A stretch of DNA of 64,000 nt from Oikopleura dioica (lineage: Eukaryota > Animalia > Chordata), in assembly GCA_907165135.1 (NCBI GenBank), contig OU015567.1:3224001-3288000 (forward strand), in the 5' to 3' direction. Below the pieces are notes generated by a model. That model saw only the letters and a program-made list of their open reading frames with translations, searched no databases and had not been told where the DNA came from. Of this stretch, positions 1 through 11,052 are shown one piece after another. Made by a program: the position numbers and the translations under genes. Numbering within the stretch: position 1 is the first letter of the stretch; every line of letters starts with the position of its first letter.

Positions 1-858
1 GAAATTGAAAATGCAAAAGTGTCTCAAGTGGAACACAAACGGACGAAGGAGTATCGTGCCTCTCTGGCTTACTAGAACGGGGCTTTTACAGGGCATTTAG
101 AAGATGAGCTTCTTCAAAGATCAAGTCTTCATTTGACACACTAAGAGCTCTTTTCAAGATGAATGGAAATGAATTTTCCGCCGTTCTTAGTTTCGCTCTC
201 GATGAATATTAAGAAGATCAAATTGCTAGTACCGTTAAAATTTGATCCCCAAAAAAGGGTTTTATCGTAAAAAGTCGACTGAAAACTCAACATAGATAAT
301 TTTCAAAAATTTTCACTTACCATGCAAAAAGACCTTTTTTGTCTGAAAAAGTCTTGAAATGATCCAGTGGTTCTCCATGTATGTCGCTTCTCCTAATCGG
401 CATGTTAGAATTTTTAAAATATCAAGACGATTTCCATCCTTCTTTCTCTCTGAATTGGGGAGATGCAGGCATATTGCATTATGAATATTCCACCAGAAGA
501 CTCGGTTTATACGATATTACGGGTAATTTGACAGTAATGGATTCCTAAGGGACGTGCTTTACCTGACCGCTCTTGCTTTTATGCACATTTTCTTATCTGA
601 TTATCTATTTTAGACTCTATTCTCTCTTTTGATAAAAACCTTTTTTCGAAATAAATAAAAGTTGCATATGATTTTTGGGGGTTACTCTCTAGCGCCACCT
701 TTGTTACTTTTATCTCAACGTCAACCCAAATAATGCTGAATAATTCACTGCAACTTGAATCATGGAACTCTTTGAAATGGCGAAAACGACAGAAAGATTG
801 AGACTTATTTTTGATATTTTTATTTTTTTTTTGTATTGTGAACTTTTCAGTCAGCGTT

Positions 859-1460
859 TTAAGACGAAAGTTGAAAAGCACCAATCGCAAAGTTAAAAAT
901 GCTGATAAGCAGAGTGATGCACATCTCAGCCTTCAGCCACTTTTTCCCGAGCTTAGCTACAGCTGGGATTTTCGAGGAGAAATCCCCGACCAATGGAATT
1001 CCTCGTTGTTTTCCGACCGAGATGAGCCCGTAGACTAGCTGCAGAATCAATGACACTATTGACTTTATTGTTTAACTTTTTTGGAATAAAATTCTTACAA
1101 ACAACGATTGCCAACGGAATGTAGAGAATAGATTCGATGCATTGGTTCGGGTTGCGCGACTTTGAGCTCAAGAATTTCGAGCAATCGAGAGAGCTGCGAT
1201 TCTGGCTAAAGCACTCACGCTCGCAAAAATCCCGCTGTTTTAAGAGATCACTAAATGACATTTAGGAAATGTGTTACTAATGTAAATGTTAATAGAACTA
1301 AAAAAATTTTTCGAGACCTGAGATATTTTGAGCTAGAGACGAAAAGAGCAGAGTTGACGGCTTGCCCAGCTGCTCTGGAAGTGACTCCTTCCCTCTTTGC
1401 GATTTCTTCAAGGTTTTTTGAATCTTTGCTCAACAAAGCGCTCTTCCCTGCTATGCTCAT
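859..1460 (-). CDS. Unknown membrane protein 'X', copy 1 (3 exons; Cys-rich segment plus hydrophobic helices)
   Basis: ORFs 1251-1460, 953-1261 and 859-1056 join through short introns: MSIAGKS...AAGQAVNSALFVSSSKYL / RDFCERECFSQNRSSLDCSKFLSSKSRNPNQCIESILYIPLAIVV / SLILQLVYGLISVGKQRGIPLVG...MCITLLISIFNFAIGAFQLSS*. Homologous copies at 3545-4030 and 5965-7572. Confidence 0.6.
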
Positions 1461-1731
1461 TATCTCTTCCTTGGGTAGTTCAAAGTGAAAATCAAATCTT
1501 TTGCCAGTCGTAAAAATCCAATTTTAATATCCTTATTCTTCTTTTCTTGAGATTTCTTCCCGAGAATTTAATTGCTTTATTATCAAAGAAGACTTTTATT
1601 AGAATTGATGCATTTTAATTGAGCAAACTCAAGAGGATTTTCAGATGAAAGTTGGTTAACAAAGATTACCACAAGTTATATTTTTAGTTTGAAATTATGA
1701 AGAGCAAAGCGGTCGCATCTCGATTTACATC

Positions 1732-3412
1732 TCATTTTTCATTCTTTATTTTTTCCGACTTGTAGTCATTGTCGGTTTCCTTTTCTTCATATTTTTCAAC
1801 CTCCATGATGACACCGACGCCAACGGTCTGTTTCATAACTATATCTGTAATGGCGAATCTTCCTAAGCCTGGATAATCCTTGAAGGGCTCAACACAAACT
1901 GGCTCAGTTGGAGTAATCTCGACAAGAGCAAAATCACCGCTTCGTAGCATTTCAGGATAGTTCTCAAGCGATTTATCTGACCTTTTATCTTTTTTCGCTA
2001 TGAGTTTTGTGAACTAAAATTTCAATGAAAGAATCGAACAAAGGAATCGTTACCTCGCAAGTAATGTACTGATTGAAACATTGTAATCTAGGAGAGAAGC
2101 CGCGAGTGATACGAGTTGGGTGATTTGTGATTAGAACTTCAGCTTTAAAAATTTTCGCCTCCTTGGCAGGGTAATTGGAGTCAGAGACAACGCTGCCTCT
2201 TTGAATTTCTTTGATGGAGACGAAACCTTCTGAAGGCTTCATTGATACTCTAACAAGAGTATCTTTGAGGGTGAATCCAACAGTGTCACCGATGGAGGCT
2301 TCAGAAACCTGTCTAGAAGACATCGACTCGGGCCAAGAACCCCAATTAATCAAGTGTATCGATTTAACTTCTCCTTTGAGCTTGAGGGGACAGAAGGAAA
2401 CGTCCATACCAACCCTGATAACACCTGTCTCGACTCGACCGAGAATAAGATATTGACCGTTGTGATACAAAACGTTATAAACAGGAAGTCGTAGTGGCTT
2501 TGGAAGTGATTTTATAGTTGTAAGGGGAGCTACTCGTTTGGGATGGATAATCCTGTCTAGCGCTTCAATCAGCGTTTTTCCGGAGAACGTGCCTTCTTCG
2601 ACCTTCTTATTCCATCCTTTGAACCAGGTCATGTTTGCTGAAGGCTCAACGATGTTGTCACCGTGCAATGATGAGATAGGGATAAAGGGAACAGCTTCAG
2701 GGTCGATGTCGATCTGCTCGAAATATTTGCAAATTTCCGCGGTGATTTCGTTGAATTTTTTCTCGCTTATTCACAGATGGATGGATATTTGAAAATAATA
2801 AAAAAAGGTTACCTATATAACGAATTTGAAGAAGATTCCATGTCGTCAACACAAACGATAAAGTCGATGCCATTGAGAAGATAACTGACAAGACGAAAGT
2901 GTTCTCGAATCCGACCGTCCTTTGAGAAACTTGCTTCGTATTCCTCGGTCTTAGCAGAAAGGATAAGGAGAGCACATTGGATCTTGCTAGCGCCAAGGAT
3001 CATTTTTTCGATGTTATCATGCTCGTCGGAGGCGTCAATGATATTGAGATCATACTAAAGCATATAAGTTTGCTGATATATGAATGTTAATTGAACCGTG
3101 TTCGTCTGAAATTTCCAAATATCTTTATTTCCGCTCATAGTATTTCCTTTCTCGACAATCAGTTTGTCGAGGAGCTTTGCATAGTCAACAGATCCCTTTT
3201 TCTCTGCTGCTTTTTCCCTCTATGAATAAAGCGAATAAATTGAACATTAAATGGAGATTTACATTTTTGACTCTCTCAAAAGCTCGGCCATCTATACCAC
3301 CACATTCGTAAATGAGGTGACCGATAGTTGATTTACATGAATTACTGTGCCCAAACGCCAGGATATCAAAAGTTGGCTTCTCTGGCACACTCCACTTTGT
3401 CTCTAAGCTCAT
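1732..3412 (-). CDS. Divergent eEF1A paralog 1 with degenerate GTPase motifs
   Basis: Multi-exon. Clear EF1A segments: [44 protein letters not shown]...[53 protein letters not shown]1 reads [10 protein letters not shown]3 reads DASD, G4 reads DDME. Confidence 0.85.
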
Positions 3413-3544
3413 GGCTTCAAAAATTCCTCAGAGCACAAATTCGCTACGAAAATAAATGCTTGGACAAAATGAGTCGACTATTTCCGGTTTGCTTTTCAAC
3501 CCTTTTATTACCAAAGATTGCGCCACGAATTTTATGTTGCAGAG

Positions 3545-4030
3545 TTATGATGAAAGTTGGAAAGCACGAATCGCAAAATTAGAAATACTAAGAAGCAAAG
3601 CGATGCACATCTCAGCCTTGAGCCACTTTTTCTAAGCTTTGCTACAGCTGGGATTTTCGAGGAGAAATCTCCAACCAATGGAATTCCTCGTTGTTTTCCG
3701 ACAGATATGAGCCCGTAGACTAGCTGCAGATCAAATGACACTATTGACTTTGTGATAAAACCAGGGCTGGATAATTTGAAATCAACACAAATCTCAACAC
3801 CCGAAAAGGCCCTATTGACCAATCAGGATGGCCAAATTCCCGAAATATGGGTGTTGAGATTTGTGTTGATTTCAAATTATCCAGCCCTGGATAAAACTTT
3901 TACGAAAAAGAACACTTACAAAAAACTACTGCCAACGGAATGTAGAGAATAGATCTGATGCATTGGTTTGGGTAACGCGACTTCGAGCTCAAGAATTTCG
4001 AGCAATTTAGAGAGCTGCGATTCTGACTGA
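3545..4030 (-). pseudogene. Gene X copy 2, 5'-truncated, with a MITE in its last intron
   Basis: Only mid-exon 2 (ERECFSQNRSSLNCSKF) onward is present. At ~4030 it is fused directly to the 3' flank of EF1A-like paralog 2, i.e. the equivalent of ~1230-1595 of the first unit is missing. Confidence 0.65.
3762..3889. mobile_element. hAT-type MITE, 128 bp
   Basis: Perfect ~41-bp terminal inverted repeats (TIRs) starting CAGGGCTGGATAATTTGAAATC; 8-bp TSD GATAAAAC at 3754-3761 and 3890-3897. Confidence 0.9.
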
Positions 4031-4149
4031 AGCACTCACGTTCACAAAAAATATTTTTATTTGAATTGATGCATTTTTATTAAGCAAATTCAAGAGGATT
4101 TTCAGATGAAAGTTGGTTTACATCAGCGGTGCACATCTCAATTCACATC

Positions 4150-5829
4150 TCATTTTTCATATTTTATTTTAGCCGGCTTGAAATCATTGTCGTTTTCCTT
4201 AAAATCATTTGGACAATTGAAAACTTTGTCTTGTAAATTTTACAATGTAAAATATTTACCTCATATTTTTCAACCTCCATGATGACACCGACACCGACGG
4301 TCTGTTTCATGTCTACAACGGTAAATTTTCCTAAGACTGGGTAGTCCTTAAAAGGCTCAACAGAAACTGGCTCCGTTGGAGTAATCTGGACAAGAGCAGT
4401 ATCACCATTTTTAAGAAACTCAGGAGAGTCCTCAAGCGATTTATTAGACCTTCTATCTATTTTTGCCAGGAGTTTTGTAAACTAAAAATTTCGATGAGGG
4501 AATCGTTCGAGGGGATCGTTACCTGGCAAGGAAAGGACCGATTGTTACATTTTAATCTCGGGGAGTAGCCGCCAGTGATACGAGTTGGGTGGTTCAAAAC
4601 TGTTATTTCAGCTTTAAAAGTCTTCGCCTCCTTGGCAGGGTCGTTCTTGGGGTCAGAGACAACGGTTCCTCTTTTTATTTCATCGATGGAGATGGAACCT
4701 TCTGAAGGCTTCGTTGATTTTCTTATCTTTGTATCTTTGAGAGTGAATCCAACTGTGTCACCGATAGAAGCTTCAGAAACCTGTCTGGAAAACTTCGACA
4801 CGCCCAAATTTATCAAGCTTATCGACTCAACTTCTCCTTTGAGCTTGAGGGGAGAGAAGGAGACGTCCATTCCAACCCTGATGACACCTGTCTCGACTCG
4901 ACCAGTTATATGATATTCACCATTGAAATGAAAAACTTGATTGACAGGAAGTCGCAGTGGCTTACGAAGTGATTCTGTGAGAGTATCGAGAGATACTCGT
5001 TTTGGATTGATAATCGCGTCTAGCGCTTCAACCAGCGTCTTTCCGGAGAACCTGCCTTCTTCTATTTTCTTATTCCATCCGTTGTACCAGGCCATGTTGG
5101 TTGAAGGCTCAACGATGTTGTCACCGTGCAATGCCGAGATCGGGATAAAGGGAACGGCTTCAGGGTCGATGCTGATCTGCTTGAGATATTCGGAAATTTT
5201 AACGGTGATATAATTGAATCGATTCTCGCTTTTTTACAGATGGTTAAATATTTGAGAATAAGAAAAAAGAACTTACTTTAATATTGACTCCATGTCATCA
5301 ACACAAACGATAAAGTCAATGCCAAGAAGACTAACAAGACGAGCATCCTCTCGAATCTGACCGTGCTTTGAGAAACTGGCTTCAACTTCCCTAGCAGAAA
5401 GGATAAGGAGGGCACAATCGACCTTGCTTGTAGCAACTCTCATCATTTTTTTGATATCATCAGGTTCGCAAGTATCAATGATATTGGCAGCATACTGAAA
5501 ATTATTGTTCTCCTGATAAATGAATGTTTTTTAAACATTGTTCGTTTTAAATTTCCAATAATGTTTATTGCCGCCCTCAATTTGTTCCTCGTCAACGAGT
5601 TTGCTCAGAAGAGTTTCATAGTCAATGGATCCTTTTCCACCTGCTGCTTCTTCTCTCTATGAATAAAGCAAATAAATTTTGGCATTAAATGGAGATTTAC
5701 TTTTTTGATTCTCTCAAAAGCTCGGCCATCGATACCACCACATTTGAAGATGAGGTGACCGATCGTTGATTTACAGGAATTACTGTCGCCGAGGGTAAGA
5801 ATATCAATAGTTGGCTTCTCTGAGCTCAT
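4150..5829 (-). CDS. Divergent eEF1A paralog 2 with degenerate GTPase motifs
   Basis: Same exon layout as paralog 1 plus one extra 3' intron. G1 GDSNSCKST, G3 DTCE, G4 DDME. Domains II and III recognisable (ORF 4457-5131; [12 protein letters not shown]; [20 protein letters not shown]). Confidence 0.85.
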
Positions 5830-6009
5830 GGTTTCAAAAACTCCTGAGAGCAGAAATTTTCGCTACAAACGACTGATGCTTGCACAAAATGAGTCGACTA
5901 TTTCCGCTTTACTCGTGAACCCTTTTATTACCAAAGATTATGTCACAAAATTTATGTTGCAGAGTTATGAGGAAAGTTGGAAAGCACCAATCGCAAAGTT
6001 AGAGATACT

Positions 6010-6529
6010 TAGGGTTATAAGATGAAAATTTGACCCATTTTTCTAGCTTTGTTTAGGGGTCTTATGATACCGTTTAAAAGAGCTCAGAAGCTGAGCTTTT
6101 ATTTGGGCACAATTTCAAGTGGTCTGGGTCATGCCCGCAAGGCAATTTATGGCACCGGAAGTTCTGAAATCTGCACCAGAACTCTTCAATCGATTTTTAC
6201 TATCGAAATTTACTATTCTAGCGCCTCTAGCGGCCACTAAGTTTCGAGTCAGCAGTATTTTATTGGCTTTTTAGGAAGCTCAGACGATGAGCTTTCTTAC
6301 GCACCTGATTTCGAGCTATTTCGAGTGAACCCCAGCCTCCAAAGATTGATTGAAGAGTTCTAGTGCCGATTTCAGAACTTCCGGTGCCATAAATTGCCTT
6401 GCGGGCATGACCCAGACCACTTGAAATTGTGCCCAAATAAAAGCTTATCTTCTGAGCTTTCTAAAACTGTATCATAAGACCCCTAAACAAAGCTAGAAAA
6501 ATGGGTCGAATTTTCATCTGATAACCCTA
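6010..6529. mobile_element. hAT-type MITE, 520 bp, long TIRs
   Basis: Ends TAGGGTTAT...ATAACCCTA with ~160-bp near-perfect inverted arms; 8-bp TSD GAGATACT at 6002-6009 and 6530-6537. Removing it restores colinearity with X copies 1 and 2. Confidence 0.9.
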
Positions 6530-6720
6530 GAGATACTGATAAGCAGAGCAATGCACATTTCAGCCTTTAGCCACTTCTTTCCAAGGCGAGCGACGGCTGG
6601 AATTTCCGAGGAAAAATCTCCAACCCATGGGATTCCTCGTTGCTTTCCGACGGAGATGAGGCCGTAGATGAGTTGAAGAGCCAAGGATACTAAAATTTGA
6701 TGATAGAGCTTGCTTTAACG

Positions 6721-7195
6721 CAGGGATGGAAATATGACAAAATTTTCCAACGGCACCGGCACGGCACGGCACAACCAAAATACCCGTGCCGGGGCACGGT
6801 ACGGCACGGCAAGGCACGAAATTCGATAATGGGGTGCCTTAAATTCAAAAATCAAGGTACGGGGCTGAAACGGCCCGAAGGGCCGTCAAGCCCTTAAATT
6901 CAAAAATCAAGGAACGGGGCTGAAACGGCCCGAAGGGCCGTCAAGCCCCTTAAATTCAAAAATCAAGGAACGGGGCTGAAACGGCCCGAAGGGCCGTCAA
7001 GCCCCTTAAATTCAAAAATCAAAGAACGGGAATTAATGTCCTTTATATTTACCGATAATAAAAATTTTATGTAAAAATAGTGTTATACTGTGCCGCGGTG
7101 CCGCCACCAGATTTTATTCTGCGGCACGGTACGGCACGTGCCGTGCCGTACCATGCCGCTGTGCCGTGCCGTGCCGTGCCGCTCAGATTTCCATC
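6721..7195. mobile_element. hAT-type non-autonomous element with GGCAC/GTGCC subterminal arrays and internal ~56-bp tandem repeats
   Basis: Left end CAGGGATGGAAAT, right end ATTTCCATC (last 4 nt missing); 8-bp TSD CTTTAACG at 6713-6720 and 7196-7203. About 3.4 copies of a ~56-bp unit (6837-7030), full units carrying the hairpin ACGGCCC-GAA-GGGCCGT. Confidence 0.8.
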
Positions 7196-7914
7196 CTTTA
7201 ACGTTGAAAACTTACGAATCACGATGACCATTGGGATGTAGAGAGTTGACTGAATGCATTGATTCGGGTTTCGAGATTTTGAGCTCAAGAATTTCGAGCA
7301 ATTCAAAGAACTTAATTCCTGACTGAAACATTCGCGCTCGCAGAAATCCCGTTGTTTCAGCAAATCACTAAAAAACCATAAACTCTTAGAATCTTCATCT
7401 TCAAATACCTGAGGTATTTCGAGCTGGAGACGAAAAGAGCGGAGTTAACGGCTTGCCCAGCTGCGTTCGAAGTATTTCCCTCTTTCTTCGCATTTTCCTC
7501 CGAGCTGTTGTTGTCCGGCCCTTTCCTCAACTGAGGATTCTTGCCGCCACCTTGAAGACCTGGTATGTTCATTTTTCTCTCTCTTTATCTGTCAGCTATG
7601 AGACTTCTGAAGTTATGACATGCTGCGCAAGTCGTTAAGTTAGACCTGTTTTATTATTTTCTTTCCGCCCAACTTTTATTGCTGCTCAGAAGACTTTCAT
7701 CAAAAATTTATGCTCCAGCTTTTTATACTCAAGTTTATTATTATCAGTGAGTTGAATTAATAAAATTAAAAACAGCACGATTCTCCGTTAAGAAAACAGC
7801 AGTGTGCAGCAGGCTCATCATCGCAGAAACAACCTGTATTTTGTTCTTCGAAAAATGTAGATTCTGAAATAAACGACTATAAAATATGGTTAAAAACTTA
7901 CTTATTACCAGTTT

Positions 7915-8555
7915 TTATCGCATTTGGATCGTTGGGAAATGAAAGTGATGAGTTTTTCTTGACTGTCTTGCACCTTTTTCGAAAATGCAATCATGTCGAC
8001 TTGTCATGTGAGTCTTCAGATATTCCATTCTAACAAGAAATCATTATCTGATGAAATCGAACCCGTGAAAATTTACCGAGTAGCAGTGTAGGTACAAAAA
8101 GCGCATTTAAATTTCCGAGCTTCTTCTTGAAAATGCAGGACTCGGTGACGCGTCAGCTCGGCTTTTCTTTTATACTTTCGCTCGTCACCGAAAATTGGGC
8201 ATAAATCGCAGGTGTACTTGAAGAATGATCGATCTCTCCACTTAAAAATCTGTCAATCTTTCATCCAAAGAAGGCAACAAACCGGGTTCCAGCGCCGCGG
8301 AAAAACGCGAGAGCAAGTTCGACCGTCAGAAAGCTGAACATGTCGGGAGAACACAGGATAGCTACTGTATGCTCTCTCTAAACTGCTGGGTGAATTCACG
8401 GGAAATTCTTCTTGATTAGGCTCAATCTTCGGCTCTATTTTCGGCTCTATCTTCGGTTGGATTGAGTGTTTGTCTTCAGGAAATAAAATTGAATCATTCT
8501 CTGCAACAAGCAAACTTAAATTTTGTCCAGGTGGAATCGTGACCACTGTTATCAT
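7915..8555 (-). CDS. C2H2 zinc-finger protein (2 fingers)
   Basis: Splicing two short GT-AG introns gives ...PKIEPKIEPKIEP...RRWNPWRDRSFFKYTCDLCPIFGDERKYKRKAELTRHRVLHFQEEARKFKCAFCTYTATRMEYLKTHMTSRHDC...*. Start codon uncertain. Confidence 0.75.
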
Positions 8556-8662
8556 GACAATTATCAAAATTTTGCCATCAGTGATGCTTTTTAGGTTTTA
8601 TTAACGGCTTATCTAGAGAATTTACGTGCATTTTGCTTGTCTAGGCGACCTGCTTCGACTAA

Positions 8663-10983
8663 GGACGGAAAAAATCCAAATTTAAAAACTTTTTTGGAAC
8701 TTCAATTTTTATTGCTACCATCGAATTCTCCATATTTGAAAACCTAGAAAAAAATTATTTGTTTAGACAGGAGGTCTTCTAAATCTTTTCTAACTATCAT
8801 CTGAAAGAGCAAAAATGCCCTTCAGGAAAAGCTACTTTTAGGAGGGTTGCCGGATTTTTTCTTTTGATTTCTTTGTTGGATCATCAAGAGACAAGTCTAG
8901 GGCAGTCGGCAAACCAAAGAAAATAAGAAAGTTTTGATGTCTTCATGTTTAAAATAGGCATTTAAAAACGTGAAATTCGTCAAAAACAACGAGAAACGTG
9001 AAAAATCGCTTGACGGTCAATAATCGGCATACTAATGAGCTAAAAAAGTCGAACAAGTCAAAGGGAAGATATTTCGAAATAAATGCCTATCGAAATATAT
9101 TTATATATATTAATATATCTATTAATATATATTATCTATATATTATAATATATATTAATAATATATTATCTTCGGGCCTCCAGTCTGATTTTTCTCGAGC
9201 TGGTTCTAATAGAGTCACTTATCATGTACACAAAATTTCACGCGTTTTGAAGTGCAGCGCGACCATTTTTACTATAAATTATTAGATAAGCTTTTATCAG
9301 CTCTAGAATCTGATTTTTCGAGCCTCCAAGCTAATTCCTCTTGACTGAAGTTTGGTTACTGTTAGGTACCCGCATGCAAAATTTCATACAATTTGAGACG
9401 CAGCGCGACCTTTTTGACTTAATTGTATCGAAATTTTAGTAAAATAGCCATTTATAAGTAAGTTTTGGCCCTAGAATCCGAATTTCTAGGGCCTCCGATC
9501 TCATTTTTCGAAAGCAAAGTTAACTGAGTGCATTCTATCATATTGCAAAATTTCAATCGATTTGATGCGCAGCGCGACCATTTTTTAAATAAATTTATAG
9601 AAATATGCATTTATTATTTAATTTTTGCCCCAGAATCAAAACTTGGAGGGCCTCCAACCCAATTTCTCTCAAGCGAGCTAAAATGGGTGTTTTCTATCTG
9701 TCTACAAAATTTCAATCGATTTGATGCGCAGCGCGACCATTTTTTACAAAAATAATAATTATAACCACTATAAAGTAAGTTATCGAAGAAAATTAGTCGC
9801 GCTGCGTCTCAAATCGATTGAAATTTTGTAGACAGATAGAAAACACCCATTTTAGCTCGCTTGAGAGAAATTGGGTTGGAGGCCCTCCAAGTTTTGATTC
9901 TGGGGCAAAATTAAATAATAAATGCATATTTCTTTAAATTTATTTAAAAAATGGTCGCGCTGCGCATCAAATCGATTGAAATTTTGCAATATGATAGAAT
10001 GCACTCAGTTAACTTTGCTTTCGAAAAATGAGATCGGAGGCCCTAGAAATTCGGATTCTAGGGCCAAAACTTACTTATAAATGGCTATTTTACTAAAATT
10101 TCGATACAATTAAGTCAAAAAGGTCGCGCTGCGTCTCAAATTGTATGAAATTTTGCATGCGGGTACCTAACAGTAACCAAACTTCAGTCAAGAGGAATTA
10201 GCTTGGAGGCTCGAAAATCAGATTCTAGAGCTGATAAAAGCTTATCTAATAATTTATAGTAAAATGGTCGCGCTGCACTTCAAAACGCGTGAAATTTTGT
10301 GTACATGATAAGTGACTCTATTAGAACCAGCTCGAGAAAAATCAGACTGGAGGCCCGAAGATTTCGACCATCTTTAAAATAAATGGTTATTTTTAAGCAT
10401 TCAAAAATAATAATTTTCTTGAAAAATTAGTCGTGCTGCGTTTTGAAGAAGCCTAGATAATTTATTTGATTGAAAAGAAGCGAAGTAGTCGAATCTGTGT
10501 TTATTGAAAGAGGAGATCTGAAAGATTAATATATATAAATATATTTCGATAGGCATTTATTTCGAAATATCTTCCCTTTGACTTGTTCGACTTTTTTAGC
10601 TCATTAGTATGCCGATTATTGACCGTCAAGCGATTTTTCACGTTTCTCGTTGTTTTTGACGAATTTCACGTTTTTAAATGCCTATTTTAAACATGAAGAC
10701 ATCAAAACTTTCTTATTTTCTTTGGTTTGCCGACTGCCCTAGACTTGTCTCTTGATGATCCAACAAAGAAATCAAAAGAAAAAATCCGGCAACCCTCCTA
10801 AAAGTAGCTTTTCCTGAAGGGCATTTTTGCTCTTTCAGATGATAGTTAGAAAAGATTTAGAAGACCTCCTGTCTAAACAAATAATTTTTTTCTAGGTTTT
10901 CAAATATGGAGAATTCGATGGTAGCAATAAAAAATTGAAGTTCCAAAAAAAAAGTTTTTTTTAAATTTGGATTTTTTCCGTCC
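8663..10983. mobile_element. Nested foldback element, PIF/Harbinger-like ends, no transposase
   Basis: Ends GGACGGAAAAAATCC...GGATTTTTTCCGTCC flanked by TAA on both sides. Outer arms 8663-9113 / 10527-10983; inner arms ~9168-9745 / ~9795-10362, each made of four diverged ~150-170 bp units with core AAAATTTCA...GCAGCGCGACC. Confidence 0.85.
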
Positions 10984-11052
10984 TAAGGTAACAAATTCCT
11001 CTCGAGAATCATGATGTTTTATTCATCTTTAATTTACAGTCACATGAGAGTT

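Larger units (their letters stand above)
5965..7572 (-). pseudogene. Gene X copy 3, last coding exon interrupted by a hAT MITE
   Basis: ATG at 7572 (MNIPGLQGGGKNPQ...AAGQAVNSALFVSSSKYL), exon 2 in ORF 7067-7363, last exon split by the element at 6010-6529. Confidence 0.65.

Noticed and set aside
2211-4913. Plus-strand ORFs 2211-2456, 2538-2792, 4575-4913 and similar antisense ORFs (e.g. 59464-59874, 30218-30712)
   Set aside because: Shadow ORFs opposite real coding exons.
6837-7030. CRISPR-like array of ~56-bp hairpin repeats
   Set aside because: Units are contiguous with no unique spacers, lie inside a TSD-flanked element, and there are no cas genes.
8055-8075. GGTTCGA T-loop-like motifs (also ~27372, ~29289) as tRNA genes
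   Set aside because: No acceptor, D or anticodon stems; they lie in introns or coding sequence.
9528-9755. ORF inside the foldback element as a transposase
   Set aside because: 75 aa, merely translates the internal repeat (QNFNRFDAQRDHFL twice); no DDE or Myb/SANT motifs.
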